Shown here: one piece after another, positions 1 through 14,511 of the stretch
Position numbering within the stretch: position 1 is the first letter of the stretch
Layout: every line of letters begins with the position of its first letter
Assembly: GCA_043228905.1 (NCBI GenBank)
Contig: JBHGNT010000013.1
Coordinates: 15,624,001-15,688,000 of the forward strand
Source: Azolla caroliniana
Lineage: Eukaryota; Plantae; Polypodiophyta
DNA length: 64,000 nucleotides
Direction: 5' to 3'
Made by a program: the position numbers and the translations under genes
The notes under the pieces: model-generated
Told to the model about the DNA's origin: nothing
The model's database searches: none
What the model saw: only the letters and a program-made list of their open reading frames with translations

Positions 1-509
1 ATCCTATCTTGTGGTTGGCTATGTATCCAATGAATAAAAACTACCACTTGAAAAAGTGCTTCGACTAACATTGGGGGCAGACTAAACTCTGCTCTAATAA
101 TGTCATGTGGTACTGTCGATTTGGTTCGGAGTTGATGTGATAACATCATCACCAAAGGTCTTTCTAATTGTGTCCACATGAAAGATGGTAGACCTGGAGC
201 CCATACTACTTATGCATACATGAGGGAAGGGGTCATTAATAAGTCGAAGAGCCATCCCTTAGTCCGTGGCTCTTGAAAGTATGGTTGGTGGCATTGTCTC
301 TCTAAGAGTGAGAGGATGCATACCCTACATTTTGTTCATAAAAGGAAACATATTTTCCAATATAAAATTAACCTTGTAAAACTTTTTCATAGCATGGACT
401 ATTTTTAGGTGACAAGAAAACAATGTGTTTGGGCTTAATTAGGAAGTCATAAGTTTCCTAAGGTGTGGATTGTGTCTAGTTGTCTTCATAACAATATCAT
501 CTTAATGGA

Positions 510-1506
510 GCAGCTAGACGGTCCCTGACGCAATGGTTGGCGAACATTGGGCATCCTTGACGAGGTGCTCATTACCTTTTGGAAGGGTCTCTGGTGTCTC
601 CACATGCCTGAAAAGATCAAGCTCTTTTGGTGGCAGATAGGTCATAATGTGGTTCCCGTTGGCGAATGGCTAGGTAAACTTGACGGCCCTATAGGTTGCC
701 CACTTTGCTCTTCACCTATTGAGACTCTGAGACAATGTCTGTGGGATTGCCCTCAAGCTCAAAAAGTATGGGATAGAGTGACTCGCCTCCTTACGGCATG
801 TGAAGTGGAAAGACCAACATCATGGAGCGTTGCGGCTTGGATCGATCACTCCGTTGATAGGTGGACGGATGCCTTCAATGCAGATAGTTGGTGCTATGTA
901 TGCACGAGAGGCAAAATCGTCAAGATCCGTTTTGAGAGAGTCTTGTAGTCCGCATCCCCTAGGTTCCCAGAAATTTGGAAGTTGCAGTTTTCACCCTATG
1001 GTATGTATGGAAAGCACGTTGCCTAAAGGTCTTCCAAGATCTGGTACACCCCCTAGAGGAAATGATCATATGGGTATATGGTTCGCGCTTATCAATTGCC
1101 TACGAGGGCAACGATATTTGTAGCCACTCCAACGACGTGGTCATTGCTCGGTTGCGCTGTTGGCGGAAATGGCGGGACACACCCATGGTGACGTAAGGAG
1201 GAAGTGGCTCGAGGTGGAACTACTAGCCCCCACACAGGTTGTTTCCTACTCACTTGCCACCCTCCCTTCGCTATAGGCCCCAGGAGTCAGTTCGTACTGG
1301 CCGACACTGAAGGGCACCGCTTTTAGCTATAGGTATCTACTTACATTAAGTAGTCAATTCGAAAGGCTAGTACGTAGTCTCATTTTCTTGAACTTGATTG
1401 GAGGGTGATTCCCCGATTTATGTATAAGCCTCCTTGTATAGTCTCTTTGTAATAATCCTTCTTAATTAATGGGAAAGTAGCTTCATTTGGGATAAATAAA
1501 TAAATT
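510..1506 (+). mobile_element. 5'-truncated L1-like LINE (zf-RVT/C-terminal ORF2 fragment) with (TAAA)n tail
   Basis: ORF 547..948 carries a zf-RVT signature (FWKGLW..MPEKIKLFWW..CPLC..ETLRQCLWDC). It continues frameshifted as LWYVWKARC (975..1196). A 16-bp TSD ATATCATCTTAATGGA is at 494-509 and 1507-1522. Confidence 0.85.
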
Positions 1507-2227
1507 ATATCATCTTAATGGAAAACCCGCAAACACACCTAAGGTGTGAATTGCATTTATGCATCTTCATAACATCTATGAGTTATTTAGATTCATGTAA
1601 CAAGAGGTTGTTCTGTATAGACCTTATTGCGTGGTCACAATTGTGCAAGCACACATTCAAAGTTATAGGATGTGATTAATGAGAAACATGCACACATTGT
1701 TCTTTTATCAACCAATGCTTCCAATGTATACTCGAGAAGAAGTATGCACACAACGAGTATTTAAACGGTTACCAATGCTTCTTATGTATACACAAACTTA
1801 TGCGTTTTGAATCAACCAAGGCTTCTTATATTGTAGTTTCCATGTGCTTGTTATTACTTATGTTTGAGCTAAGACCAAATTACTTATTTGTGTTGTTTCC
1901 TCAACAACCACCTCCTATACTTTAGCCTTCACCAAGGCACTCTTATATGCCTTGTAATGATCACACTTTAAGGAAGTTCGCTTAGATTTCAAGTTCTTCC
2001 AAAAAATATAGGCCTAAATACAATGGTAGTGCTTCAAATGTTTATATCAATCTATTAACAACACCATCAATAATGAAGTTGACGGGTTTATTTTCATTTC
2101 CTAAGGCTTTTGCTAGATTTCTCGACATACGACCATCCTCATAAAAAAACATAGTTTCAATGAACAACTTCATAAGAAATAGTCTCGATGCACAACCTCG
2201 TAATTGCTTAGGTTTGCGATGTAGCAA

Positions 2228-2990
2228 GAAGCATAATCCTAAAGTAGAAGGATATGCACCTAATATTTGTGTGCGATAATCTTCTACATTAAGGTTGAGC
2301 CCTATTGAAAATAACTAGAGATTCAACAATCAAATTGGAAATCGGCAACGGTTCGGTTTAAGCTTAAACGGTTTGGCCTTGTCCAAACCAAACCGGATAA
2401 GCCTTAACCAATTGAGAAGTTTTCAAACTTGAACAAACAAGAAGAAGAATCTAAAAGTAGAAGGATATGCACCCAATATTTATGTACAATAATCTTCTAC
2501 ACATTAAAGTTGAGCCCTATTGAAAATAAACAGATATTCAACCATTGACTTAGAAATCAACAACGGTTCGGTTTCAACTTAACTGGTTTGTCCTTGTCCA
2601 AGCCAAACCAGTTTGGAAGTTTTCAAACTTGGACCAGGAAGAAGGATAATCTAAAAGTAGAAGGATATGCACCTAATATTTGTGTGCAATAACATTCTAC
2701 ATCAAGGTTGATTTTTGTTGAAAATAAACAGAGATTCAACCATCGAGTTAGAAATCAACAATCGTTCCGTTTCAGCTTAATCAGTTTGGTTTAGGAATCG
2801 GTTTGAACAAATTGTTTAGCCTTAACCGGTTTGTAAACTAGTTTTGCCCTATCCAATTCGGTTCGGCTTGAGCTTTGACAACCGACTCAGTCCGGATTAC
2901 AATGCTCAAGCCCGAACCGAGCCGAACCATTTGAAAAAGGTTGAATGGCTCGATGTAGGCTTGAACCAAACTATTGTCAACCCCTACATC
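2228..2990. repeat. Three ~210-bp tandem units carrying GGTTCGGTT/AACCG motifs of a hAT-MITE-like end
   Basis: The unit starting (C)TAAAAGTAGAAGGATATGCACC recurs at ~2240, ~2451 and ~2651. The AACCG-rich block ends in ATTGTCAACCCCTA near 2986. Confidence 0.65.
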
Positions 2991-5921
2991 AAGTCACACA
3001 ATTAGTCATCATGGATACTATGTCTAATTTTCACCATCACGATTCAAGCATGGGGTGTGTAGTGCCAACTTTGGGACAATTGTTGAATGTGTAAAATAGT
3101 GGATAGGTTGATTGTGTGTTCCCACTTGCATATCTATGAGGGATATTCCTATAGGTATCATCACTATTTTATGAGCTTCCAAATGAGTCAGCTTTGACTT
3201 ACTTTGGCTAGTTTGTATGGAAAACTTGAAGTCATGATGACTACTAGAGGGGGGTGTGCAACTAGCTTTTGTTTACCATTTGTTTGTTCAAGCATCCCTA
3301 GTTGATGAGTTTTTTATTCATTCATGAACATGCCAAAATTATCGTACAACTACGGCTTTTTCGTTCACTTGTTTGTAATGAATCGCCATCCTCTTCATCA
3401 TTTGTACGTCGTTGTTCATTTTGTGGTGATTAGCCTTTGCCATAGTCTAAGAATTAATTACCTAATCCAAGGCTCTCTAAAGTCTATCCAATTTGTACCT
3501 ATTTTGTTAAGGCTTTTACGTAGCACCGTAAATTTTCTCTTCAATTTGTATTGGACATAATATTCTCTCTTTGAAAGACTATGAGGCATGAGTGTAATGT
3601 TTGAAAAGGCACATAGCTCAAAGCGCGAGTAGAAGAATATTCGGAAATCGTAACTTTGACATTAACAACAGAAAAGAAAGAAATAAGTGGACAACGAGCT
3701 TTAAAAAAGAAAGAGGAAGAAAAATAAGGATGTACTGCTTTTGGAATTAGAAAAGAATAAGGTAATAGCACTAGAGCATGCCTTCCCCTTTTGGGCATCC
3801 TAAATACCACATGTCTAATTGAACATTACTATCATAGTAGCTATCCCACTCTCTTTCTTGGATATGTAACACATTCCCCATTATTTTATATGTTCTCTAA
3901 ACTTAATAATGGGCTCTTTTATGGACATAAACTAATGTTGGTAACATCTATCGAAATATTCTCTAGAATAATACATAGTAATAAATCTCATGTTATTATT
4001 ATAATTGTAGATGTCTTCGTTTTTCATGGGATCACTCAAATCTGGTGGTATGTAGTTACAAGAGATTAATTGATGTGATATGTGGTTATGTGAGATCACT
4101 CAATGTGCCCACTGCCAACCACATGTCCATATCTTCCTCTAAGTGGGTGTCAACATTCAAACATCTTCTCTCCAACAAATAATGCAAATGAAGATATTTA
4201 TAGAAAAGACAAGCTATCGACCTCATCAATTTCTCAATAGGGATTTATTAAATGACAAGAAAGTGATAAACTAGGGGTGTGAACTAGGGATGCACACAAT
4301 TGAATCCATGCATGTATTAAAGTAACCTATCGTAATTTGGTATGGGAATATGAGTGTCCTTGTCTAGAATCACAAAGGATCTACAATTTGCTATATGCTC
4401 TCTAAAAACATATTCTAATCTTATCTCTCCACTGATGATTTACAATTTTCACTATTTAATATTTAATATTTATGGACAATGCTGCATATTTTTGTTGTTG
4501 TCTAGTACTCCATACAAGCTCAATTTGTTTTTGTCTCAAGATATGTGCCAGCCTATGATGATGCATATTTCTACCTTAGTAAATTTCTGTTGCCTTTGAA
4601 CATGTGTGATACTAGGAAAATTTGTGAGAGATCTCAAGGGCTTCTAGACCATGTATAACACCCTTTTGATAAAGCTATGAGTGTAGCAATATAAGATATG
4701 GGACACTTGTATTATTGTTTTCCAAGTTAAAGAAACCAATGATGTTACATGTTGTAGCCATATAGACTAGTTGGTCTACTAAAAATAGATTTTTTGATTA
4801 AATGACCCTAGCAACAGCCACATAATCGCTATCTCTAATTAATCATTTTGCATAGAATAAATATAGTGATATTTCATATCACCCACGTTCTTATCATTAT
4901 AACCATTAGCTTGCATATAATTAAGTATGAGATTGATAGTCTAGTATGTAAAAGATCTAATTTCCTTTTAATCTAGTACTTACTTTTAAAAGATCTAATC
5001 TAGTACTTACCTTCATCCTACAATTTCTAAAATGCCCCTAGAAAGTTGGCAATTAAGCAATATCTTGCACAACCTCCTTACTCAATGTAATGAAGATGAT
5101 GCTCGCGCCTCTTATCAAACTTGTACCATTTTTTAGGCCATACCACAATCTACTAAATACATAGACTAAAAGACAACCTGAATTGAGCTGAATGATTTTC
5201 AGCACTAGGCCCATATCAGGAGCTGCTGTTTAAATCCATTTTGCATTTCATAAACCTAAAGGCTCTAGACTCTCACGTGCATTTCCAGGCCTATTTTAAA
5301 TTATTTGTTATGAATAAAATATAGCCATTTTATATTTAATATATGTATGAATTCTAAGACCACCATTGAATTCATGTGCTTACAATTTGGTATGTTACAT
5401 TCTTTTTATTATTTAGCTCGATTTACACATCTGCTTTCTGCAGTTCAACCATCTTTCTGCAATCACTAATGCCATCGCATGCTTTGTCCAAAGCATATAA
5501 TGATCAACAAAGATCTACAGGAGAATTTCTCTCTGCATGATATTTTCTTCTTTCTACCTATATTACAAATATGAGAATCAGTTTTAGTTCTCTGGCAGCA
5601 GTATTTTCAGAAAGTTCATTTTTAAAGCTCTAGAATTGGCATAGCTTTACGAAATCATAAATCAATTTTTTATTGCCCTAGACCCTATATACCCTAAGAG
5701 GATTCTGGTTCTATTTCTCCAAAGCTCTCAATTCTCCCTGATGTTTAGCTTCTAAAAAAACCAAGACGAAGAAATGAGGAAATTGTAATATGCTACACTG
5801 GAATATCAGAATTGAAGACAGAAGGTCTATCTTGTTAAATATTAAATAACATGGCATTTTGTCACGACACTTCCCAAAGACCAATTACAGCAGAAGTATT
5901 ATTTGCCATGTTTCTTCTGTC

Positions 5922-6298
5922 TCAAATTTTGAGCTTATTCTTTATGTAGTCCCATGCTCCAGTTTTCTTCTTAGTTCCAACGTATGGTGGACCATCTGCA
6001 CAGCAGATTATAAAAATTGAATATGAATATATTTCATAAAAAATCAACTCGAAGTCCTCACCTCCATCTGGATAAACAGAGTTGTAGTGCACTTCAGCCC
6101 AAAAGCTCAGAAAAATCACTGAATAAAAAATGTCGACATGTTACACCCCAAAAGAACCACCTTCATGCAATAAAAACGCTAATTGAAATGCAAACCTCGT
6201 TTGGACTTTGTTTTCCTTGGCAATATTTGAACAAAACATGTATCCTTGAATGAAGTCAAAAGACATATCCTCACCCCATACTGTACCAGCACAAATAA

Positions 6299-6339
<41 letters not shown>

Positions 6340-9300
6340 GATGTAATCTCTTATTTGGTCTTATAGGCCATTTTGGCCTCTTAAAAGACGTTAATATATC
6401 TTTCTTTCTTTCTTTCTTTCTTTCTAGGGCCTGGAACGAACCCATAACGACCTATGGCTCATGGGAATGCATGATGGTGTAGGAGACTAGGCGTTGTGCT
6501 ATACAGAGGGGGACTAGCTACCCCATCATTACAACATCTTGAGATGCTATTGAGACTCTAATAGAGAGACGAACTGCTCTTCTGCTAAATTCGTTCATCT
6601 CAACTTCCAGAGTATAAGATAAAGTAATATTCAGTGATATGTACACACCAAAGTTATTTTACACTCATCTCTTGTCCTTCACTTAAGGGAGGTCAATGTA
6701 GCTGAGCACCATTAAAATCCTTCTTCCTTTTATCTTAATATTCATTGCTTATCATTTGTTTGATCATTTTGTCCTTTTAAAAGACGTTAATATAATTTTC
6801 TTTCTTTTGTGTATATATGTAGATAGATAGATATAGGTATATATCCGAGGCCACTCATGTGCACATATAGTTAACTAGCCTACAAGTGTTAATAAAGTCT
6901 AGAGAGGGACCAAATGACATTGGAATGGATATATGAAGGGTTAGCTACCCTATTACAGATGTGACCAACTAATTTATAATATTCGAGGTATGTCCTAGAA
7001 GCCTCCAGATATGACATATTATATGTCATAGTTAATCATCTAGACAATCGATGGGCCTCGATTTGAGGCATTGGGTGGGAAAGAAAGGAATACACAAGCC
7101 TTTTGCTGCCTTAATGATAATTCCAACGGTATAGTATTTGATTAAATTAGATCCAGATCCTCACTCTCCTCCCCTTCCTACAGGTCCATTGCAGATGTCT
7201 AAATATCGAAAACAAAAAAAGGCTTTAAAATACCACATTGCTACAATTAATAGTGAGCAAACAAACATAGACCAAAGTAATTATACATACATAATCAGCT
7301 GCTGCCTGCAATGTAACATGATCTCCCCACTCTCCAGACCTTGCAAAATCAAACTGCATGTTATGGACAAGGCCACATAACAAGACCCTATCTATCTATT
7401 CATTCAGATACAAATCTCCAAATCGAAAGAAATAATGCAAGAAGAAAATTGAGCATACCTAGACATTCTCTGGACATAATCGCTATATTTCATTGGTACA
7501 TATCCTTCATAAAACTCAGGATGGGATATAAGCTGCAACAAAACACAATGCCTCCATCATGTTTCATCTATGCACTCGAACCACATTAAATATCAATCGT
7601 GAGAAAGAAGATATGAAACCTGATTTACAATATCATTTCTGACAGATTTATGATGTATGGGAGTCCGGTAGAGCTGATCAGAGAATGCACGGAACTGATC
7701 TCTCCCATCAAATATTAACAATAATATAACAAATCAGTAAAAGTTGTTTTTCTTTAACTCTTAGAATATGTAACTTTGTGAATACATAATACATAAAACT
7801 ATAGGATACCTTATCCATAAACTAAGTATCGAATACATGACTATCATATTTTCATTATTAGTCAGAAATAGCAATCATAGCTACTTAAAACAAAAGATGA
7901 AATTTATATTTTGGAGACATGATATTGAGATTTAACAGGCATTTCTTGGAATATCATTATAAAAGGTTTACAGAATACAAAGTTCATAACATGACAAGAA
8001 GAATTATGAGAAAAAGACATAAGCTGTAATATTAATTAGAATTTACCTGGCAGTTTCCATCACCATCAACCTTCAGCTCAGTTAATTCATATAGCTTTAA
8101 TCTGGATTTATTGAGGAATGAGTGGGCATTAGACGTTGCTATTCTTTACTTTCAGCTTTAAAATCAGTAATTTAAATCACTATAAGAAAGGGCCAGCCAT
8201 TTATTTTCAATCAAATGCAAATAAATATGGACTCTTTAAGGGATCACTAATAGCAGAATGGATAAATGCAACTAACTGACAGTTAGCTATGGTCAAAGCT
8301 CTATCTTCATGTGGTGATACTTCAAAGCTGAAAGTTGAAATGTCTCGTTATGAGGAGACGCCATGTGATCCTAGATATTATGGATAGTAGTGTTTGATGA
8401 ATTCATCATTAATATATTAATGAATATCTAATAGGACTAAGCAAATATATTGAATCCAGTTACTGAACATTACAGGGAGGTATCTCTTAATAAAAACATG
8501 TCGAAGGCTAGGGTTTGCGGTGTTCACATTCCATATCTTGGCCATTGTGTGTCTACATAATTAGTGCATGAGTCGTTTTTAAAGAATTTCAAGGATCTCC
8601 ATTAGGAAGCATTCACAATAAGCTGTGAAAGGATTGTTTGCCCCCAACCACCATTGCAGCAAACCAGACTTCCTACACTCAGATGTTAACATGGGTGCAT
8701 CATATGGCCCCTTGGATTACATGTTTCTTCTCACCAAGTTTGGAATATATTCCATGGTCTACGTGCGTTATGTGAGATGTGGGAGAGAACATGCAAATGT
8801 GTGATTGAGAGAAAAAGAGAATAGAAGATACTTTCAGGGGAGACCAACTCCCCTCCCAATCAGTTAGCAGGTTTCAAACCCTTGACCCGTTCATTAGCAA
8901 TATCTAGCTCTCACCACTTCAGAGAGAGAGAGACAGACGACATGCAAGTTTTAAGGTGAAAGTTTACTAAGTGCAGATATGAAAGGACAGGAAGCAGGGG
9001 TAAGCGAAAGAGATTCCAAGAACCTTAGCTAGGTTTTTCAAGAAAATGTTGTAGGAGAGCAAACAGCATAATGCTGCAGTAAAACAATAGGGAGAGAGGC
9101 AGGAAATGCAGGGAAGGAAGAGGTGAAGGTAGCACAGACCAGTTAGCCTTCTTTTTTTCTTCTTCATCTCCATCATCGTCATTTTCTTCTTCTTTCCAAC
9201 AACTTCGTCTAATTCCTCAACCACTTATCACCCTTCTTTGTCTTCACCTTCATCTTCTTTATCTTACTCTGTTTTCACTGTCTCTTCTCATTTAATTTCT

Positions 9301-12300
9301 TACTCACCTCTCTCTCTCTACCATATGCTCATGAGTAACGATTGCACCACTGCCTGGAAGAGACTAATGGAACCAAGACCACAAACACCCATTGAGGATC
9401 CCTTGGCACACATATACAGAGAGACTTTACCATGTCCTGAACTAGCCGCCCATTCCTATGCCTTCTACACCTCAACCTACCATGGGGAGATTTTTCATGA
9501 CCTCTAGGATCACTAAGGTCATAAAGAAATTACAGCATAAAAATTCCACGAATCACACAACATTGCGGGCTGAACACATCATATATACTCAAGAGTGCCT
9601 AGCTTCTTTTCTCACTCTACTCTTCAACCATGCCCTCACAAATAGCCTTCCACCATAGTGGACCATGAACACAGTGGCCCCGACACATAATGGAGGGGAC
9701 CCCATGGACCCAAATACATATAGAACCATTATTATTGGTCATATGCTCCTTAAACTATATGGTGCAGTAATGGAAGCATAGCTCATCGATTATTTAGAGA
9801 CATTAAGTCTTCGAGCACCCGGACAGGCCAGCTTTAGACAAGCCTTCTCTACTATTGACCTAGACCATAAAAGTATCATCTCACCAACCTGAGATTGAGA
9901 ATGGTCGTGCTAATAGAGTCCCTAGATAGGAAAGGACATGTAGACTAAAAGTGTCCAACTTACATCGAGATAAGGGGGAAATACCAAGACATACTATGAC
10001 CATCTCCTACCCTCTCCAAACTATAAGATACCCCAAATATAAAGACAACATACCTTAGAGCTAAAACAACATAGAGAGAATAACCTACATGTTAACCGTA
10101 ACCTTTCTAATATTCACCAACATGTAACCAATGAAATTTAGCATAGACAAGAGGGGACGATGGGCGTGGACACACCTGCACCACTCCACCACTCTCACGT
10201 TGAAGCAGAAAACCAAAGACCAACCAAATAGTCCTTGGATACCAGGCCTAAAAGTCACTCGTGCAGAAGCAATTAAGAATATAAGGAAACTTGAGTTACA
10301 TTGCCTAGAAGCTATGGTCAAGATACCTTTTACACTGGAACCACAGGCCACAAGCACATCGAAACCCTTTGACCTCCCACTCCTTTTCAAGAGACTTGGA
10401 TACAAGTGAAACTAGACCTAGCACATAGCCATTTCCTTTATAAAATATGTTACACCACAACATCTTTTGTACAATACTAGAACCCTTTTATATATGTTTT
10501 TTTCATTTAGCTGTAGCCAATTGTCTCATGGATCAAATTTGGTCTCGGAATACCTCTCTCTCTCTCTCTCTCTCTTTGCATTTCTAAGGTATGCTTTTTG
10601 ACCAAGCACACACCTTGGAAACACATCAAGAAATGTAGTTCAAAAAACAATTTTTGATAAGGAATGCCATGAAGCTCAAAAGTACATTGCGAGTTTGGAT
10701 GTCATCAAGGATAAGGAAAATTATCAAAAGCATTTGCATGAGAACAAAAGACTTATTCAAAGAAAGAGAATAATATAAGAAGTTACTTAGCAATTTATCC
10801 AAACACGAGAAAAAGCACATACATGTATTATATTTTGAGGGAATCTAAAGGGAAAACGTGTTGAGAGTTATAGTGGCTTAACTCTTTTGGACTTGGTTAT
10901 GCATTGCAAAAATTTATATGAGCTATCAAGTGTCGGAAAGATGTTGTGTTACAGTTCTCTTTCACATGTGTCTCCCGTCTTTACGATTGAAGATATATGA
11001 GCTAACAAAAGGCAAGAGATCTTCAATGTATAAAATGCTCAAATGGACAAACAAGGAACCACATGCATGGATACGTGATACATTTGATCATGCATTGCAA
11101 CATTAGCATGCCCTATGAATGGACTACAATTTGGATCAAACCTTTACATAAAGGTGGAGGCTTAAATAATGTAAACAACTACTGAACCATCATGGTTGGC
11201 TCGCCAATGGAAAAACTATTTGGATATATAATGGAATCAAAAGTAAGTACATGGTTTGAAAAAATGATAAAAGAGCTTATGAACAAGCTGGCTTTCGCAA
11301 ACACCATAACACCATTGATCACCTTGTCACCCATAAAGTTTTAATGGAAGAAAATCGCTTGAGAGGTAAGGGTTTATATTAGGGAAAAGTACCAGGATAC
11401 CCCCTGGAAGTTCGTCTATTTACCAAAATGCCCCTGGAAGTTCCAATTTTACCAAACTACCCATATGTCCAAAAAATTACACTTTATAAAGTAATTATAC
11501 ACTCAAATAATTGGTAAATAGGACTAGTTCGGGTCCATTTCTTCCATTGTTGGTAAATAGGTCTTGTAGATTTGAGTGTATAATTACTTGATAAAGTGTA
11601 ATTTTTTGGACATAGGGGTAATTTGGTAAATTTGGAACTTCCAAGGGCATTCTGGTAAATAGACAAACTTCCAGGTGTATCCTAGTACTTTTCCCTTTAT
11701 ATTATTGCTTCGAAGAAAGCTTTTGATATGGCACCTCATGAGCATTTTTAGAGGCAAATGGAAGAGCTCAAGATGTCAAAGAATATAGCTTGCAATTTCC
11801 GTAATTTATGAGAAAGTTACATGTTGTGTGGATATGGGCAATGAAATTTCATATTATTTCGATAGTACTAATGGAAACTAAGCAAAGATGCCAACTCTCA
11901 CCAACTCTATTTGGTCTATTATGCACTGGTCTATTAAGCAATTGAAAATTACTCAAGGTAGTTTATCCCAAAAAACACTTAATTTATAAAGAGTAAGAAG
12001 TGTTGGTTTTTATATCATGATATAATCAAGACTCAAGTACAAGTACAATTATCAAAAATGTAAGCATTGCATGATTAATATCTAAAAGCCCGATAGTTGC
12101 CTTCGAATAGTGCTTGCATGTAGCTACAAAAGGAATTTGCGTGTGCATTTGGAATTGTAAACTAATGGTAACACATGTTTTACTAATCCATACACAAAGG
12201 TACATTCAGATCTCACCTACTACACTAATTTACTAGGTGCCACAAACTGAACTTTCTCTGAATCTAGGGTGAATTTGGTCCCCCCATGAATGTTATGTTT

Positions 12301-13679
12301 TCCTCATCATCATCAAATTCGCTTATACCTGAACTTATATCATGTAAGAGATGAGGGTTGTCTCTTTGTCCTTAACTAACAACATTGCTACACATTTCAT
12401 TTTTATCTCCATATTTAAAAATCGACATGCAAATTAACTTTCGTAGTATTATCAATTGGTTCAATTCATACCTGTTCAATAGTCTCTGATGTGCGGCAGA
12501 TGCATCATCAAGCGTTGGAATTTCTCCATTAATCCTCGGAACATGCTACAAATGTATGAGATATAGAATCACTTCATAAATAATATAGGGTTTCAAAACA
12601 TTCCACCTATGTACTAGAAAATATTCAACTTACAGGGATTGAATCCAGGTTATTCAATCTCCTTCCAACTTCTCCATCAAAAACTGCAAAATCATCTGAT
12701 ATCTCTGGCACTCCACCACTATCACTTTCTTGCTCTGAATCGTAGTCATACGTTGAGCTTGCATCATAGTCAGGTCCCCATGTATCTGAAATATATGTAA
12801 GGAACGGCAAAATCTCATTAATTTGGCCATTTAGTACTGAATCACTCTATATAGATAACAAGAACTTTGCTAATCTCTCCAGCTATATTAAAGCACTCTG
12901 CATCGGGCACAAGAATTTTCATTACACCATTAGTGCCAATGTACATCTATATTGAAAATTCTGCCTTTATACTACTGTAAACCTATGCAGACCACTTAAA
13001 ACTTGAGAATTTATCCTTTTAGCGCAAATTTCTGAAGCAATCCAGAAGAGCACAAGGATCTCAAACACGCCCATCTCAAGCACAGAAATCTTGAAATTCC
13101 ACCTTCTGTAACAAAATCACATGCATGTAGACCACAAGAATATTTTAAAATTTCTGAATTTCTGAGGGATAAATTTCTGAACTTATCCTTCAGTCTTTAG
13201 CACTAAACCACGCCATATAAAGCACGGAAATCTTGAAATTCCACCTTCTGTAACTAGATCACATGCATGTAGGCCACAAGCATAGTTCAAAATACCAAAT
13301 CACATCCATATAGGGGACAATGAGCAAGAAAATTCTGGATTTTTGTATTCCGGTACATCAATATATACCACAGGAAAGTTGAAAATAGTATAACACAGGA
13401 ACCTTAAAATTTCCTCCAGGAGGATCTACCTGTATAAGAATGTTCCCCCCAGTCGTGAAACCTCTCAGATCCTTCTTCATCTTGAAGTGTCTGCGCAATG
13501 GCCTCATCGTTCTCAAGAGAGCTAAAACCTCGCACAGTGTAAGATTCTCCAGGCTGGAAAAACTCGGTTCGAGCATGATCGCTGAGCTGAACAGTGGTTC
13601 TGCCAACGCCTGTACTAGGGTAGCCTTCTAGGAGGTCTTGTAGGCCCCACCTAGCAAGGAGAGGATCATCCGTAATCAT
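5922..13679 (-). CDS. OTU-domain deubiquitinase (plant OTU9/OTU12-like), 10 exons
   Basis: GT-AG exons: 13679-13430, 12785-12634, 12545-12472, 8101-8047, 7694-7620, 7532-7459, 7339-7291, 6280-6196, 6118-6062, 5995-5922. Motifs: VDGDGNCQFRAFSDQLY (catalytic Cys), GEWGDHVTLQAAADY and FWAEVHYNS (catalytic His). Phases are consistent. Confidence 0.92.
9340..10575 (+). mobile_element. Degenerate, internally deleted LINE (RTE-like) in OTU intron 3, ending in (CT)n
   Basis: RT-like remnants (LLFNHAL..GGDPMDPNTYRTIIIGH..GQASFRQAFSTID, ~9610-9860) join a C-terminal segment (EIENGRANRVPR..TCRL..CPTYIEIRGKY). The 3' UTR ends in a (CT)n run at ~10553-10575. Confidence 0.65.
11040..11930 (+). mobile_element. 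Second degenerate LINE RT fragment, interrupted by a MITE
   Basis: Reads EQAGFRKHHNTIDHLVTHKVLMEENRLRGKGLY, then the MITE, then KKAFDM..PH and KQRCQLSPTLFGL (RT domains, QGCPLSP-like), with stops and frameshifts. Confidence 0.7.
11382..11695. mobile_element. Mutator-like fold-back MITE, copy 1
   Basis: Long TIRs GGGAAAAGTACCAGGATAC...GTATCCTAGTACTTTTCCC. A 9-bp TSD TTTATATTA is at 11373-11381 and 11696-11704. Confidence 0.9.
13066..13285. repeat. ~70-bp direct duplication in OTU intron 1
   Basis: GAAATCTTGAAATTCCACCTTCTGTAAC..ATCACATGCATGTAG..CCACAAG occurs at ~13085 and ~13227. Confidence 0.75.
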
Positions 13680-13910
13680 GGCGAACGAAATACGATGCAG
13701 TTCCTAAAACTGTGTATACAATCCAAGGTCCTAAGCAATCCAGAAACGGTGAACAGCGAAGCTTGTGTCTTGCATAACGAAGTGGTGGAAAGTTTAAAGC
13801 GATGGTGTTTCTTCGAACTTCCTGTACAACAGAAGAAGAAGAAGAAGAAGAAGACGAGCGTAAACGTAAAGGTGCCTTATGAAGCGATGGCGTTTCTTCG
13901 AAAAGGTCCA

Positions 13911-13961
<51 letters not shown>

Positions 13962-14392
13962 CAAGGCGATGTCTTGTGGAGGTCTGCGCAACGATCGTTC
14001 GGAACAGTGCAGAAGGCAGAAGGCAGAAGGCAGGAGGACGAGGCAAAGGTCACGCTTGCGTGGCAAATATTCTCCTCGTGAATGCATAATAATATTATTA
14101 TTAAGAAATCATTAATATTTACATATATATATATATAATATTTTATCTTTTTTGCATATGTATGTGTGAGGTCATCGATAAAGCACGGACACATACATAC
14201 ACACATACATACATACATACATACATACATACACAGACACATAACATACATACATACGGATGAGCATTATGACTTGGACTGACCCCCCAAACCATGGACT
14301 CAAGAACTCGGTCTCTCAACGAGAAAGACAGAAAAGTTATGGGTATGTATAAGCATTAAGATCATGGATCAGGAAGGTCCTATCACTATGGG

Positions 14393-14423
<31 letters not shown>

Positions 14424-14511
14424 AAGAAAGATATATTAACTAACGTCTTCTAAGGCCAAATTTTGGCCCATGAGACAATTGGTGTACAATCAAATAGGGT
14501 GTCTACCCAAT

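Noticed and set aside
8830-8920. tRNA-like/SINE head on the minus strand (GGTTTGAAACC B-box-like)
   Set aside because: No cloverleaf or clear TSD; too degenerate to call.
13666-14251. ORFs with RERERE/SLSLSL/MYVC runs
   Set aside because: Microsatellite translations in the OTU leader and promoter.
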